DNA of 63,964 nucleotides, filler included, from an uncultured bacterium (GCA_964637655.1; 6 parts of 6 records of this genome joined end to end with filler, not necessarily neighbours in it); one strand, 5' to 3'. Positions 41,846-54,771 are shown, counted from the first letter of the whole stretch. Notes: generated from the letters alone by a model not told the origin. Numbers and translations: made by a program.

Positions 41846-43743
41846 GCGGGGGCGGGCAGGTCCCAGTGCGCGGGGAGCCCCGCGGGCTTGTCGACATGCA
41901 GAAAACTGCGCGTGCCGAGCAGTTGCCACCTGCCGTCCGTGCGGGCATAGGTCGCGGCATTGCCCGCCTCGTCCTCCAGCCAGAGCATGTCGCCCTCGTC
42001 GAGGTCATCAGGGTCGATGGAAAACGAGCGCCGCGCGGCAAGTGCTGCATCGCGCCAGAAGAGCGACCACGCGTTGATGAGCTGGCGGCGATGGAAGCCG
42101 ACTGCCAGCGGGCGGAGGTCGCGCGCCGGCTGCCAGGCGAGCACACGCAGCGCACCCGCCTCATCTGTGGCGACCAGTTCCTCATCCTGTTCCGTCAGCA
42201 CCGGCGGGGTCAGATCGAGCAGCACCGTCAGCCGCGTTTCCGCCACGCAGGCGCTGTCATCCCACAGACCAAGACGCAGGTCATTGTCACCTTCGCGCAG
42301 CAGTTCCAGCGGCACGAAAACCGTCGTGGTGAAGCGCCGGTCGCTGAACGGCAGCCGCACGCTGGCGCCGGCGGCATTCGTAATACTCAGCGCCGTCAGC
42401 GGCGCCGTGCTGCCGAACTGCGCCACCCCGGCCAGCAGCGGAATGACCACGCCGTCGGGGCGCACCTTCTCCGGCCGGATGGCCGCAGTATCCGTCGCAT
42501 AAAACGCGGGGCGCGAAGCTGCTGCCCCGGCACATTCCTGCAGCCGCGCATCGAGCAGCGCAAAAAACGCCGTTGCGTCCTGCTGTTGCGGCACGCGCGT
42601 CAGCCGCACGTTGCCGTCCCGGCAGTCCGCCACGTGATAGATGCCGCGCTGCACCAGTTCGCCCAGCCGCCGGCAGAGGCGCAGTTCCGCCATCGCGTCA
42701 TGCTGCACGCTGCCGGGGCGGTAGTAGATTTCGCTTTCCGTGTAGAACGGGCCATGCCCTTCCAGTGCGTTGAGCGGCGGTGCATAGTGTGCCGCCAGTT
42801 CCCGCGGCACAGCCGCAGAAGCGCCGGCTGGACGCTGCTGCAGGAAAAACGCGGTCAACGAACCGGCAGCAGCCACCCGTTCCGTGCGGTAGAGCAGCCA
42901 GCCACCCGCAATCGTCACCACCATCGCCACCATGAGCAGGTCACGTGCCCGCTGCGCGCGAAAGCGAAACACCGACCAGGCGGCAACTGCCAGCGCCGCC
43001 AGCACCAGCGTCAGCATAATTGCTGTTCCGTACACCCCGCCGGCGCGGTGCTGCCAGGCATCACCCAGCCAGAACCCGTGCTCGGGCAGCAGCAGCCGCA
43101 CCAGCAGCAACACCATCAGCGCGGCTATGCCCGTGCCTAAGTACAGCCAGGCGCGCGGCCTGCTGCCATGACGTATGCCCGCCATGCCAGCGACAATGAG
43201 TGCCGCCGCGCCCGCCAGCGTACCGCCATGCCCGGCATCGGCGAAGTAGAGCAGCGCCACGGTCAGGAAGAGGCGCAGCCGCTGTGTCGCTGCACACAGC
43301 AGCGCGACCCCGGTCAGCGGGTAAAGGTGCGGCAACAGCAGCGCCAGCGCGGCCAGCAGCAGCGCCGCAGCCGCAGCCAGCAGGGCGTCTTTTGTCACCG
43401 CGGTCACCCGGCGCTGCACATAAGCGATAACCGCGGTGTAGTAGAGCGCCTGCCACCACTCGTACACGCTGCTGGTCAGGCCGAAGGCCGGCAGGTCGGG
43501 GGTAAAGTGCACCAGCACGGCGAAGAGCGCGACAAGCGGACGCCAGTAATACGCCAGATAGTTGACGCCCAGCCACAACGAATCGAAGCCGCCGGTCTGC
43601 CAGAACTGCCGGAGCAGCTGCCACCCGGCGATGGCGGTGTCGGTCTGCCGCAGCAGGGCGAAACGCCACGCCAGCAGGGCGAAGACCGCGAGCAGCGTCA
43701 GCGGCGCGAGCCAGGCACGGCGCACGCTGTCAGAGTTCGTCAT
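41836..43743 (-). CDS. Hypothetical membrane protein with a C-terminal soluble (Ig-like) domain
   Basis: N-terminal TM bundle, LREGDNDL...LDLTPP motif; coupled to hflX. Confidence 0.55.
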   Translation of the reverse strand: MTNSDSVRRAWLAPLTLLAVFALLAWRFALLRQTDTAIAGWQLLRQFWQTGGFDSLWLGVNYLAYYWRPLVALFAVLVHFTPDLPAFGLTSSVYEWWQALYYTAVIAYVQRRVTAVTKDALLAAAAALLLAALALLLPHLYPLTGVALLCAATQRLRLFLTVALLYFADAGHGGTLAGAAALIVAGMAGIRHGSRPRAWLYLGTGIAALMVLLLVRLLLPEHGFWLGDAWQHRAGGVYGTAIMLTLVLAALAVAAWSVFRFRAQRARDLLMVAMVVTIAGGWLLYRTERVAAAGSLTAFFLQQRPAGASAAVPRELAAHYAPPLNALEGHGPFYTESEIYYRPGSVQHDAMAELRLCRRLGELVQRGIYHVADCRDGNVRLTRVPQQQDATAFFALLDARLQECAGAAASRPAFYATDTAAIRPEKVRPDGVVIPLLAGVAQFGSTAPLTALSITNAAGASVRLPFSDRRFTTTVFVPLELLREGDNDLRLGLWDDSACVAETRLTVLLDLTPPVLTEQDEELVATDEAGALRVLAWQPARDLRPLAVGFHRRQLINAWSLFWRDAALAARRSFSIDPDDLDEGDMLWLEDEAGNAATYARTDGRWQLLGTRSFLHVDKPAGLPAHWDLPAPACF

Positions 43744-45037
43744 CGCGGCGGCGCCACTGGTAGGCGGGCGAGAGCAGTTCTACCGCATAGCCGCGCGTCT
43801 TGAGCGATTCGAGGAATTCGGGGGCGGCGCTGAAAGTCATCAGCATCACGTTGCCGTCCTCGCTGTACTCCTTGCTCACCTCCGCGCTGTTCGGCTCGAT
43901 GAGCGCCAGCGCCTCACGCTGCTGCGCATGATGCAGCGCCACGCGCGCGGGGACCCACGCGGCGCGCAGCACGCGCGACAGCGTCGTGGCGAACTTGTCG
44001 AGGCCTTCACCCGTGCGCGCGGAGACGGCGACCGCGTTCGGGTACTTGCGGAACTTGTGCACGCGGAAGCGGTTCGGCACGAGGTCGAGCTTATTGAGCA
44101 CCGACACCACCGGCTTGCGGTCCGCCTGCAGCTCCTTGAGCGTGCGCACGACCTCGTGCACGCGTTCCTCGACCCCCGGTTCGGCGATGTCGATGACGTG
44201 CAGGAGCAGGTCCGCCTCCTGCACCTCTTCGAGCGTGGCGCGGAAAGCCGCGATGAGCTGCGGCGGCAGCTGGCTGATGAACCCGACGGTATCGGAGATC
44301 AGCACCTGCGCCCCGTCGGGGAGGCGGTAGCGGCGCACGGCGGGATCGAGCGTGGCAAAGAGCTTGTCCTCGACGAGCTTGTTGCTCCCGGTGAGCGCAT
44401 TGAGCAGCGCGGACTTGCCCGCGTTGGTGTAGCCGACCAGCGCGCAGACGGGTTTTCCCTGCCGCCCCTTGCGCTGCTCGCGGCGGCTGCGCATGACCCC
44501 CTCGAGCTTCTCCTTGACATCGTCGATGCGTTTCTGGATGGTGCGGCGGTCGTACTCGGTCTGCTTTTCGCCCGGCCCGCGCATGCCGACCACGGCAATC
44601 TGCTGGGCGAACGTGGTGCCATGCCCCGAGAGGCGGGTGAGCTGGTACGACAGCGAGGCGAGTTCCACCTGCAGTTTCGCCTCCTGCGTATGCGCCCGCT
44701 GCGCGAAAATGAAGATGATGAGTTCGGTGCGGTTGAGCACCGGCACCCCCACCTCCTCCTTGAGGTTGCGTTCCTGCGACGGGGAGAGCGGGTTGTCGAA
44801 GATGACCGCGGTTGCCTGCGCATCCGCGACCAGTTGTTTGAGTTCCCCCACCTTCCCCTTGCCGAAAAAGGTCTTGGGGTCCGCCTTCTCGCGCTGCTGC
44901 ACGAGCTGCCCGGCGACCGTGGCGCCGGCAGTGGCGGCGAGCGCCGCCAGTTCGTTGAGCGGCGCGGCGACCTTTTCCTCCTTCGCGGTCAAAACGCGCG
45001 CGAGGATGACCCGTTCAAGCGGCAGCGCGGACGGCAT
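43730..45037 (-). CDS. hflX: GTPase HflX
   Basis: GKGKVGEL, LSPSQERNL, RGPGEKQ, GYTNAGKS, LFATLD, DTVGFI, NKLD. Confidence 0.95.
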   Translation of the reverse strand: MPSALPLERVILARVLTAKEEKVAAPLNELAALAATAGATVAGQLVQQREKADPKTFFGKGKVGELKQLVADAQATAVIFDNPLSPSQERNLKEEVGVPVLNRTELIIFIFAQRAHTQEAKLQVELASLSYQLTRLSGHGTTFAQQIAVVGMRGPGEKQTEYDRRTIQKRIDDVKEKLEGVMRSRREQRKGRQGKPVCALVGYTNAGKSALLNALTGSNKLVEDKLFATLDPAVRRYRLPDGAQVLISDTVGFISQLPPQLIAAFRATLEEVQEADLLLHVIDIAEPGVEERVHEVVRTLKELQADRKPVVSVLNKLDLVPNRFRVHKFRKYPNAVAVSARTGEGLDKFATTLSRVLRAAWVPARVALHHAQQREALALIEPNSAEVSKEYSEDGNVMLMTFSAAPEFLESLKTRGYAVELLSPAYQWRRRDDEL

Positions 45038-45383
45038 CGAGCATCTCCTTCTCCCGTGACGGGGTGAACCAGCGGATGCGGGCGTCAGGCCCGAACCAGG
45101 TCTGCTGACGCTTGGCGAAATGACGCGTGTCGCGCGCCATCAGCCGGCGCGCCTGCGCTTCGTCCCATTCCCCGCGCAAAAACGCGATGGCATGACGGTA
45201 GCCGAGGGTACGCAGCGGTTTGAGGTCGGGCGGATACTGTGCCAGCAGGGTGCGGCATTCGTCGAGCAGCCCGCCCTGCCACATGCGCGCCACGCGCGCA
45301 TCGATGCGCGCGTAGAGTTCCGCGCGTTCGCGCTGCAGCCCGAGCATGACGAACGGCCACGGGGCGGGCGGGGAGGAGGCCGG
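45015..45383 (-). CDS. miaA: tRNA dimethylallyltransferase, C-terminal part
   Basis: RAELYARIDARV, TLGYR, TRHFAKRQQTWF. Confidence 0.9.
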   Translation of the reverse strand, partial: PASSPPAPWPFVMLGLQRERAELYARIDARVARMWQGGLLDECRTLLAQYPPDLKPLRTLGYRHAIAFLRGEWDEAQARRLMARDTRHFAKRQQTWFGPDARIRWFTPSREKEMLDAVRAAA

Positions 45384-45483
45384 NNNNNNNNNNNNNNNNN
45401 NNNNNNNNNNNNNNNNNNNNNNNNNNNTTAATTAATTAANNNNNNNNNNNNNNNNNNNNNNNNNNNNNNNNNNNNNNNNNNNN
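45384..45483. other. Artificial contig linker
   Basis: N run with TTAATTAATTAA. Confidence 0.98.
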
Positions 45484-45614
45484 TGTACGGCATCATCAAG
45501 CAGTAGTGCCAGGTCGTCATAAAACACCGTCTGTGCTTCCGCAAAGCTGACGCCATGCTTGCGGCGATTGCTCCGTTCCTTGCGCGGATCCCAGGCAAAC
45601 AGAACTCTATCCAT
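45484..45614 (-). CDS. brnT: BrnT-family toxin, N-terminal part (3' truncated)
   Basis: FAWDPRKERSNRRKHGVSFAEAQTVFYD. Confidence 0.88.
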
Positions 45615-45620
45615 AACTAC

Positions 45621-45649
45621 ATTGTAATTGCATCGCGCTGCCGTGTCAA
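45621..45649 (-). promoter_or_regulatory. Consensus sigma-70 promoter giving a leaderless brnT mRNA
   Basis: TTGACA-N17-TACAAT, 6 nt before the ATG. Confidence 0.75.
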
Positions 45650-45663
45650 ATAGGCGCCGGACG

Positions 45664-46272
45664 TCATCGTGCGCTATCACATCGGCCGATGAGGGCGGTG
45701 ATGCTCTTCTGCGGGGTAAGCATACCCGCGAGGTTGGCAGTGATGTCGCAGGGGGGGAGCAGGGCGAGCAGCGCCGCGTTGTCGGTCTGCGACCAGCCAC
45801 TGTAGCCCGAGGAAAAGCGCTCGCGCAGGGATGTTGCCGGCCACGGCAGCGTCGCGGTGAACTGGTCGGCAGCCGACTCGACGCAGGCGCTCCCCCACGC
45901 ATCACCGGCCACCGCGCGCGCGTACTGTCCCGCCTGCATCATGGCGGCATTGGCCGCGTCGACTTCCTCTCCGACGGTGGCGGCGATGACGATGACCGCA
46001 CCGCAGCCGTCGAGATGCTGCGCCAGTTTTCCATTGGTGACGCTGACTTTGCCAAACGTGAGGGTCGGACCGTCATGCGTCAGCGACAGGTCGCGCCAGG
46101 CGACGCGGGGCTGCGCCGCGGCAATGATGGCCGCGCGTGCCGCCTCGACCTCGGCCAGCGCCTTCTCCGCCCCCTGTGTCTGCCCGGGCCGGTAGCGCAG
46201 GATTTTCAGCACCCACTCACGGTCCGGCGCCAGCAGCGCCGGATCGCCATGCCAGACGCCGGAATCAGGCAT
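45664..46272 (-). CDS. Stand-alone B12-dependent methionine synthase activation-domain-like protein
   Basis: AATVGEEVD, DAWGSACVE, RFSSGY, LTPQKSITALIG. Confidence 0.7.
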   Translation of the reverse strand: MPDSGVWHGDPALLAPDREWVLKILRYRPGQTQGAEKALAEVEAARAAIIAAAQPRVAWRDLSLTHDGPTLTFGKVSVTNGKLAQHLDGCGAVIVIAATVGEEVDAANAAMMQAGQYARAVAGDAWGSACVESAADQFTATLPWPATSLRERFSSGYSGWSQTDNAALLALLPPCDITANLAGMLTPQKSITALIGRCDSAR

Positions 46273-46275
46273 GCC

Positions 46276-47127
46276 TCAGCGGACGACTTCCGCCTGCGCC
46301 GAACTGCGGCTGACGCGCGTGATGCGCACGCGCACGTCCTGTCCCTCGCTGGCGCCCGAAACAAAAACGACAAATCCCTCGACGCGGGCGATGCCGTCAC
46401 CCCGTGAGCCGACCTCGCTGATGGTGACATCGTATTCCTTGCCGACCTCGACGGGCACCGCGCGGCTGCGGTCGCCGCTCTCCTGCCGCTCACCGCGGGC
46501 GGGCGCCGCGCTCTCCTCGACCGGCCCGGTGGCCGGCCCGATTTTCTCCGCCTGCGCCGTGCTGCGCGACAGGCGGGTGATGCGCACGCGCACTTCTTCA
46601 CCTTCGCGCGTCTCCGGCACGAACACTACCATCCCCTTGATGCGGGTCATCCCGTCGCCGCGGCTGCCGACGCTCTCGATACGTACGTTGTACTCCTCGT
46701 CCACCGCGAGCACGGCGGCGCGGTCACCGCTGCGGCGCTCATCAGTCCGTTCCGCACGCCCGGCCGGTTCCGCCGTCGCCGGCAGTTCGTCCTGCGTCGA
46801 GGTAACCACCGGCGGCGGCAGCGGCTTGTCGCGCAGCACGTACCAGGTGCCAAGCACCAGCACCAGTACGCCGGCAGCAATGCCCGCCTTCATGCCGGCG
46901 CTCATACCGTCTTCCGCTGTCTGGGGAGCTACCGGACCGGCCGCACCCGCCGGCGGTTTTACCGGCACGCCAAGGTAGGCGCCGACCGTTGTCCATTTCT
47001 TGCGCGGCTCGTCGTACAGGCCGTCATTGTTCTGCACTTTGCCCTCGGCCACCAGCTCCGCCAGCGCTGCCTTGTTGTCGCCGTTGTACGAGGTACCCGT
47101 GCTGTCCACTGCTTCCCACTTCGCCAT
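46276..47127 (-). CDS. Membrane-anchored protein with two tandem TRAM domains
   Basis: Two copies of EY.V.I..VGSRGDG..R..G.VVFV....G..VRVRITR.SRS.AQAE after a TM helix; GGGGAG RBS. Confidence 0.8.
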   Translation of the reverse strand: MAKWEAVDSTGTSYNGDNKAALAELVAEGKVQNNDGLYDEPRKKWTTVGAYLGVPVKPPAGAAGPVAPQTAEDGMSAGMKAGIAAGVLVLVLGTWYVLRDKPLPPPVVTSTQDELPATAEPAGRAERTDERRSGDRAAVLAVDEEYNVRIESVGSRGDGMTRIKGMVVFVPETREGEEVRVRITRLSRSTAQAEKIGPATGPVEESAAPARGERQESGDRSRAVPVEVGKEYDVTISEVGSRGDGIARVEGFVVFVSGASEGQDVRVRITRVSRSSAQAEVVR

Positions 47128-47147
47128 GTTCTGCTCCCCGTGCGGCC

Positions 47148-47801
47148 TTATGCCGCGTCTGCTGTCAGTTGCCACAATAGTGTCAGTATATCGTCAAAGC
47201 CCGCGCCCGTCAATGCGGAAAAGAGCGGCAACTGCGCCGGCTGCCGCCCCGCCGCGGCGGCCAGTGCCCGCTGCGCCGCCAGCGCCGCCCCGCGCTTGAA
47301 CTTGTCCGCCTTGGTCAGCACCAGTTCCCATCGCTTCCCCTGATGCGACAGGTATTCCGCCAGTTCATTGTCGGCGTCAGTCCATTCGCGGCGGATATCG
47401 TGCAGGATGATCACTGCCCGCAACTCCTCCGTCTGCGTCAGGTAGGCCTCGAGCAGCTGGCGCCAGCCGCGACGCTGCGCCACCGGCACCTGCGCGAACC
47501 CGTAGCCGGGCACGTCAGCCAGCACGAGATCAAGCGGGGGCGCGCTTTTGTCAGCTGCGCGGATGACGGCAGGCGGCGGCAGCTGCGTGCGGAAAAAGTT
47601 CACCGTCTGTGTGCGCCCCGGTGTCTTGCTCGTATACGCCACCTTCGCGCGCAGCAGCGCATTTACCACCGACGATTTGCCGACGTTGGACGGGCCGGCC
47701 ACGGCAATCTGCGGCACCCCGTGCGGGTAGAGGGGCGCGAGCTGTTCCACCAGCGCCGCACTGCCAAGATACCCGAACCCGGTTGTCGACGGTTTGCTCA
47801 T
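47148..47801 (-). CDS. engB: Ribosome biogenesis GTPase EngB/YihA/YsxC
   Basis: GPSNVGKSS, SKTPGRTQ, DVPGYGFA, LTKADK; downstream of lon. Confidence 0.92.
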   Translation of the reverse strand: MSKPSTTGFGYLGSAALVEQLAPLYPHGVPQIAVAGPSNVGKSSVVNALLRAKVAYTSKTPGRTQTVNFFRTQLPPPAVIRAADKSAPPLDLVLADVPGYGFAQVPVAQRRGWRQLLEAYLTQTEELRAVIILHDIRREWTDADNELAEYLSHQGKRWELVLTKADKFKRGAALAAQRALAAAAGRQPAQLPLFSALTGAGFDDILTLLWQLTADAA

Positions 47802-47875
47802 CGTGCCACCACCGGGCAGAACAGGCTTGCACCGCAAAGCACACGGAAACCACGGAAAACCGCATCAGGATACTG

Positions 47876-47978
47876 CTGGATTCCCGATTGCACAATTCGG
47901 GAATGACCGGCAGAGGAGACCGCGGAGCTGACTTCGGCGGACCGCCAACGCTCCGCGTGCTCTGTGTGCTCCGTGGTG
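47876..47978. repeat. REP-like palindromic elements in the lon-engB intergenic region
   Basis: ATTCCCGA...TCGGGAAT hairpin, and CTCCGCGTGCTCTGTGTGCTCCGTGGTG, which recurs at 55267-55294 (27/28 identical). Confidence 0.6.
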
Positions 47979-48130
47979 AACGCCGTAGTAGTGTGCCGTG
48001 CCTGCATAATTTCGTGGTTCATATATTTATCTTTCGTAATAACCCATAGGTCATAATGTTGCACATTAATTATCAGAATATTCTATAGTTGCAAATCGAG
48101 AGTTTGTCAATTTGTCAACACCCGGCCCCA

Positions 48131-50530
<2,400 letters not shown>

Positions 50531-50598
50531 AGGCCCTCCCTCCGATGCCGTCCCGTGCCCGGTTCCGAAATGCCGGGCGCAGGGTCAGGACTGAATCG

Positions 50599-51873
<1,275 letters not shown>

Positions 51874-51876
51874 CGT

Positions 51877-52500
51877 CTACTCCTTGTCCGCGTCCGTGTG
51901 CTTCGGCCCGCTGCCGGCCGGCCGCCGATCGATGACTTCGTCGAGCAGGCCGAACTTCTTCGCCTCGACCGGGCTCATGAAGTTGTCGCGCTCGACGTCT
52001 TTTTGTATCTGTTTCAGCGACTGTCCGCTATGGTCCGCGAGGATGATGTTGAGCATCTCGCGCATGCGCAGGATTTCCTTCGCCTGGATGTCGATGTCCG
52101 TCGCCTGGCCCTGCGCCCCGCCGTGCGGCTGGTGGATCATGATGCGCGCGTGCGGAAGGGCGAAACGCTTCCCCTTCGACCCCGCCGCGAGGAGCACCGC
52201 CGCCATGCTTGCCGCCTGCCCGATGCAGATGGTCGAGATGTCCGGGCGGATGTACTGCATGGTGTCGTAAATGGCCATGCCCGAGGTGATCACCCCGCCC
52301 GGGCTGTTGATGTACAGGGAGATATCCTTGTCCGGGTCCTCGGCTTCGAGGAACAATAACTGGGCGACCACCAGCGAGGCGATGTGGTCGTCGATGCTGT
52401 CGCCGAGCAGGACGATACGGTCCTTCAGCAGCCGCGAGTAGATGTCATACGAGCGCTCCGCGCGTCCCGTCTGTTCGATAACAATGGGTACTAATGGCAT
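51877..52500 (-). CDS. clpP: Clp protease proteolytic subunit
   Basis: [29 protein letters not shown]. Confidence 0.97.
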   Translation of the reverse strand: MPLVPIVIEQTGRAERSYDIYSRLLKDRIVLLGDSIDDHIASLVVAQLLFLEAEDPDKDISLYINSPGGVITSGMAIYDTMQYIRPDISTICIGQAASMAAVLLAAGSKGKRFALPHARIMIHQPHGGAQGQATDIDIQAKEILRMREMLNIILADHSGQSLKQIQKDVERDNFMSPVEAKKFGLLDEVIDRRPAGSGPKHTDADKE

Positions 52501-52502
52501 GG

Positions 52503-53804
52503 TCAGGCCTCCGCCTTCTGCTCCTTGATATCGGCATGTTCAACGATGAAGTTGAACGCCTTGTCCTGCTTCAGGTTGAACCGCATGTTGTCCCAGGTGC
52601 CGTCCTCGCGCCAGCGCTTGACGATGCGCTTGCGGTCCGCCTCGGGCAACTGGGTCTGCGCGAACATCCGCTCGGTATCCGCCGTGACGTCCGCGTCCGT
52701 CACCTCGATTTTCTCCTGCACCGCAACAGCCTCGAGGATGAGCATGACCCGCGCCTTGGTCTCCGCCGCCGCCTGCACCGCCCCGCCCATCTGCTGGCGG
52801 TCGAACGTGCCGCCGTACTGCTTCATCTCGCGTTCCGCATCGGCAATCATGTCCTCCGCCAGCCCGGCGACGAAACTCGGGGGGACCGCCAAAGGATACA
52901 ATTTCACCAGTTCGTTGCGCAGGTTGCCGCGCAGTTCGCGCTGCTTCGTCTGCGCGGACCACTCTTCGAGCCGCTCCCGCATCTTCGCGCGCAGGTCGGC
53001 CGCGTTTTCCGCCCCGCGCTTTTTGGCGATTTCGTCCGTCAGTTCCGGCGCGCGGTTCGCCTGCAGTGAGACCAGTGTCACCGCATAGTCGGCCTTCGGG
53101 GTGTCCGCTGCCGCGTCCGCCAGCGCATGCTGCACCGTGAACGAGGCACCCGTCTCTTTCCCCATGATATACGCGTCGAAGCCCGCCACCAGTTCATCCT
53201 GCCCGAGGCGCAGGCGATAGGTCTCCTCCGCCTTCGCCGGGCCGCCCGCCGGAGTGATGATCACCTTCACTTCCGCCAGGTCACCCTGCTGCGCCGCGCG
53301 CCCGCTCACCGGGGCGAGTTCCGCATCGTCTTCGAGCATGCTGTTGACCGCCTCGTCGACGTCCTTGTCGAGCACGCTCGTGGCATGCACCGACACCGTG
53401 ACGCCCTTGTACCTGCTGTCGCTGACATCCACCTTCGGGAATTCCTCGACCCCGACGCGGATGGTGTTGGCCTTGCCTTCGCCCAGTTCATGCCCGAGCA
53501 GCCGCGGCCGCCCGACCATGCGCACCTTTTCCTTCACCAGCACCGTGGCCAGTTCATTCGTCGACAGGTCGAGGGCCAGGTCGTCGAGAATGTCCGCGCC
53601 GTAGCGCCGGCGCAGCAGTGACATCGGCGCCTTGCCCGGGCGGAACCCCGGGATGGCGACCTTGCCCGCCAGCTGCTTGAGTTGTGCCTGCAGTTTCTGC
53701 TCGACCTGCGCCGCGTCGGCCTGCAACTCGATCTCCACCAGGCAGTTCTCGCGCTTGGTTACGCGATAGGCCAATGGTTCCTGCTTCGCTGTTTCCGTGC
53801 TCAT
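52503..53804 (-). CDS. tig: Trigger factor
   Basis: [10 protein letters not shown] ribosome-binding motif, PPIase domain, upstream of clpPX. Confidence 0.92.
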   Translation of the reverse strand: MSTETAKQEPLAYRVTKRENCLVEIELQADAAQVEQKLQAQLKQLAGKVAIPGFRPGKAPMSLLRRRYGADILDDLALDLSTNELATVLVKEKVRMVGRPRLLGHELGEGKANTIRVGVEEFPKVDVSDSRYKGVTVSVHATSVLDKDVDEAVNSMLEDDAELAPVSGRAAQQGDLAEVKVIITPAGGPAKAEETYRLRLGQDELVAGFDAYIMGKETGASFTVQHALADAAADTPKADYAVTLVSLQANRAPELTDEIAKKRGAENAADLRAKMRERLEEWSAQTKQRELRGNLRNELVKLYPLAVPPSFVAGLAEDMIADAEREMKQYGGTFDRQQMGGAVQAAAETKARVMLILEAVAVQEKIEVTDADVTADTERMFAQTQLPEADRKRIVKRWREDGTWDNMRFNLKQDKAFNFIVEHADIKEQKAEA

Positions 53805-53835
53805 GGTCCGTGTTCCTTTCCCTGTCTGCCGCCAC

Positions 53836-53920
53836 TGGTGCGAGAGGGGGGAGTTGAACCCCCATCCCTTGCGGGACCGGATCCTAAGTCCGGCGCGTAT
53901 GCCAGTTCCGCCACCCTCGC
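53836..53920 (-). tRNA. tRNA-Leu(TAG)
   Basis: GCGAGGGTGGCGGAACTGGCATACGCGCCGGACT-TAG-GATCCGG...GGTTCAACT...CTCTCGCACCA; 85 nt with a long variable arm. Confidence 0.96.
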
Positions 53921-53963
53921 GTGTTGCGGCCTGCACCTTGTCGTGCGGGTAGTTTTGTCAATC

Positions 53964-53992
53964 AGTATATATGGTCGGATGGATGGTGTCAA
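53964..53992 (-). promoter_or_regulatory. Sigma-70 promoter for tRNA-Leu-tig-clpPX-lon
   Basis: TTGACA-N17-TATACT. Confidence 0.78.
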
Positions 53993-54005
53993 CGTCGCGG
54001 CAGCG

Positions 54006-54416
54006 AGTCCGCTGTTCCATGTTCACCCTCTCCCTTCGCAGAAGACGTCCCATAGCAGCAAGTCCGCTGTTCCATGTTCCCCCTCCCTGCAGGAGACGCT
54101 GGGCACAACAAGTCCGCTGTTCCCTGTTTCCCCTCCCTGCAGAAGACGCTGTGCACAACAAGTCCGCTGTTCCCTGTTTCCCCTCCCTGCAGAAGACGCT
54201 GGGCACANNNNNNNNNNNNNNNNNNNNNNNNNNNNNNNNNNNNNNNNNNNNNNNNNNNNNNNNNNNNNNNNNNNNNNNNNNNNNNNNNNNNNNNNNNNNN
54301 NNNNNNNCCCTCCCTGCAGAAGACGCTGGGCACAACAAGTCCGCTGTTCCCTGTTTCCCCTCCCTGCAGAAGACGCTGGGCACAACAAGTCCGCTGTTCC
54401 CTGTTTCCCCTCTCCC
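54006..54416. repeat. 50-bp tandem repeat array (copy number unresolved; N gap at 54208-54307)
   Basis: Unit AAGTCCGCTGTTCCCTGTTTCCCCTCCCTGCAGAAGACGCTGGGCACAAC; AGTCCGCTG at 54006, 54061, 54111, 54161, 54338, 54388. Confidence 0.93.
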
Positions 54417-54452
54417 TCAGGGAGAGGGCGCCGCGCAGCGGCGGGTGAGGGG
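54408..54452. repeat. REP-like palindrome CCCTCTCCC-N3-GGGAGAGGG...GGGTGAGGGG
   Basis: Perfect 9-bp inverted repeat, an inner CCGC-GCA-GCGG hairpin and a GGGTGAGGG tail. Confidence 0.6.
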
Positions 54453-54521
54453 GGGGCATTCGCCAGCGACGGAAACGGTCGCAATTACCCATGAAGGTTC
54501 CGCTGTATTCTCGACACGGAT

Positions 54522-54771
54522 AGCTGCTAGAAACAACGGATGGTGCGGCGGTCCTGATTTTCGGGGTGGCGACTACTGGTGCGTCGGAACGACTCGCTCT
54601 GGAAAGATGCGTACCGCGTGGGACAGCCGCCAGAAGCAAAGATAAGGTGCGGCGGTCCTGGTTTTCGGGGTGGCGACTACTGGTGAACCGCGTGGGACAG
54701 CCGCCAGAAGCAAAGGAAGGTGCGGCGGTCCTGATTTTCGGGGTGGCGACTACTGGTGAACCGCGTGGGAC
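54522..54771 (-). repeat. Three-unit repeat downstream of tRNA-Lys containing duplicated tRNA 3' ends
   Basis: 40-bp core at 54542, 54646 and 54719; the tRNA 3' 18-mer TGGTGAACCGCGTGGGAC at 54681 and 54754, partial copy at 54613. Confidence 0.9.

Noticed and set aside
53805-53936. N-terminal extension of trigger factor
   Set aside because: Overlaps tRNA-Leu; the real start is 53804
54006-54416. CRISPR array
   Set aside because: Units are contiguous 50-bp copies with no unique spacers, and there are no cas genes in the window
54522-54771. Mini CRISPR array or intact prophage attachment site
   Set aside because: Only three units, the intervening sequences are largely shared and tRNA-derived, and no integrase or cas gene is nearby
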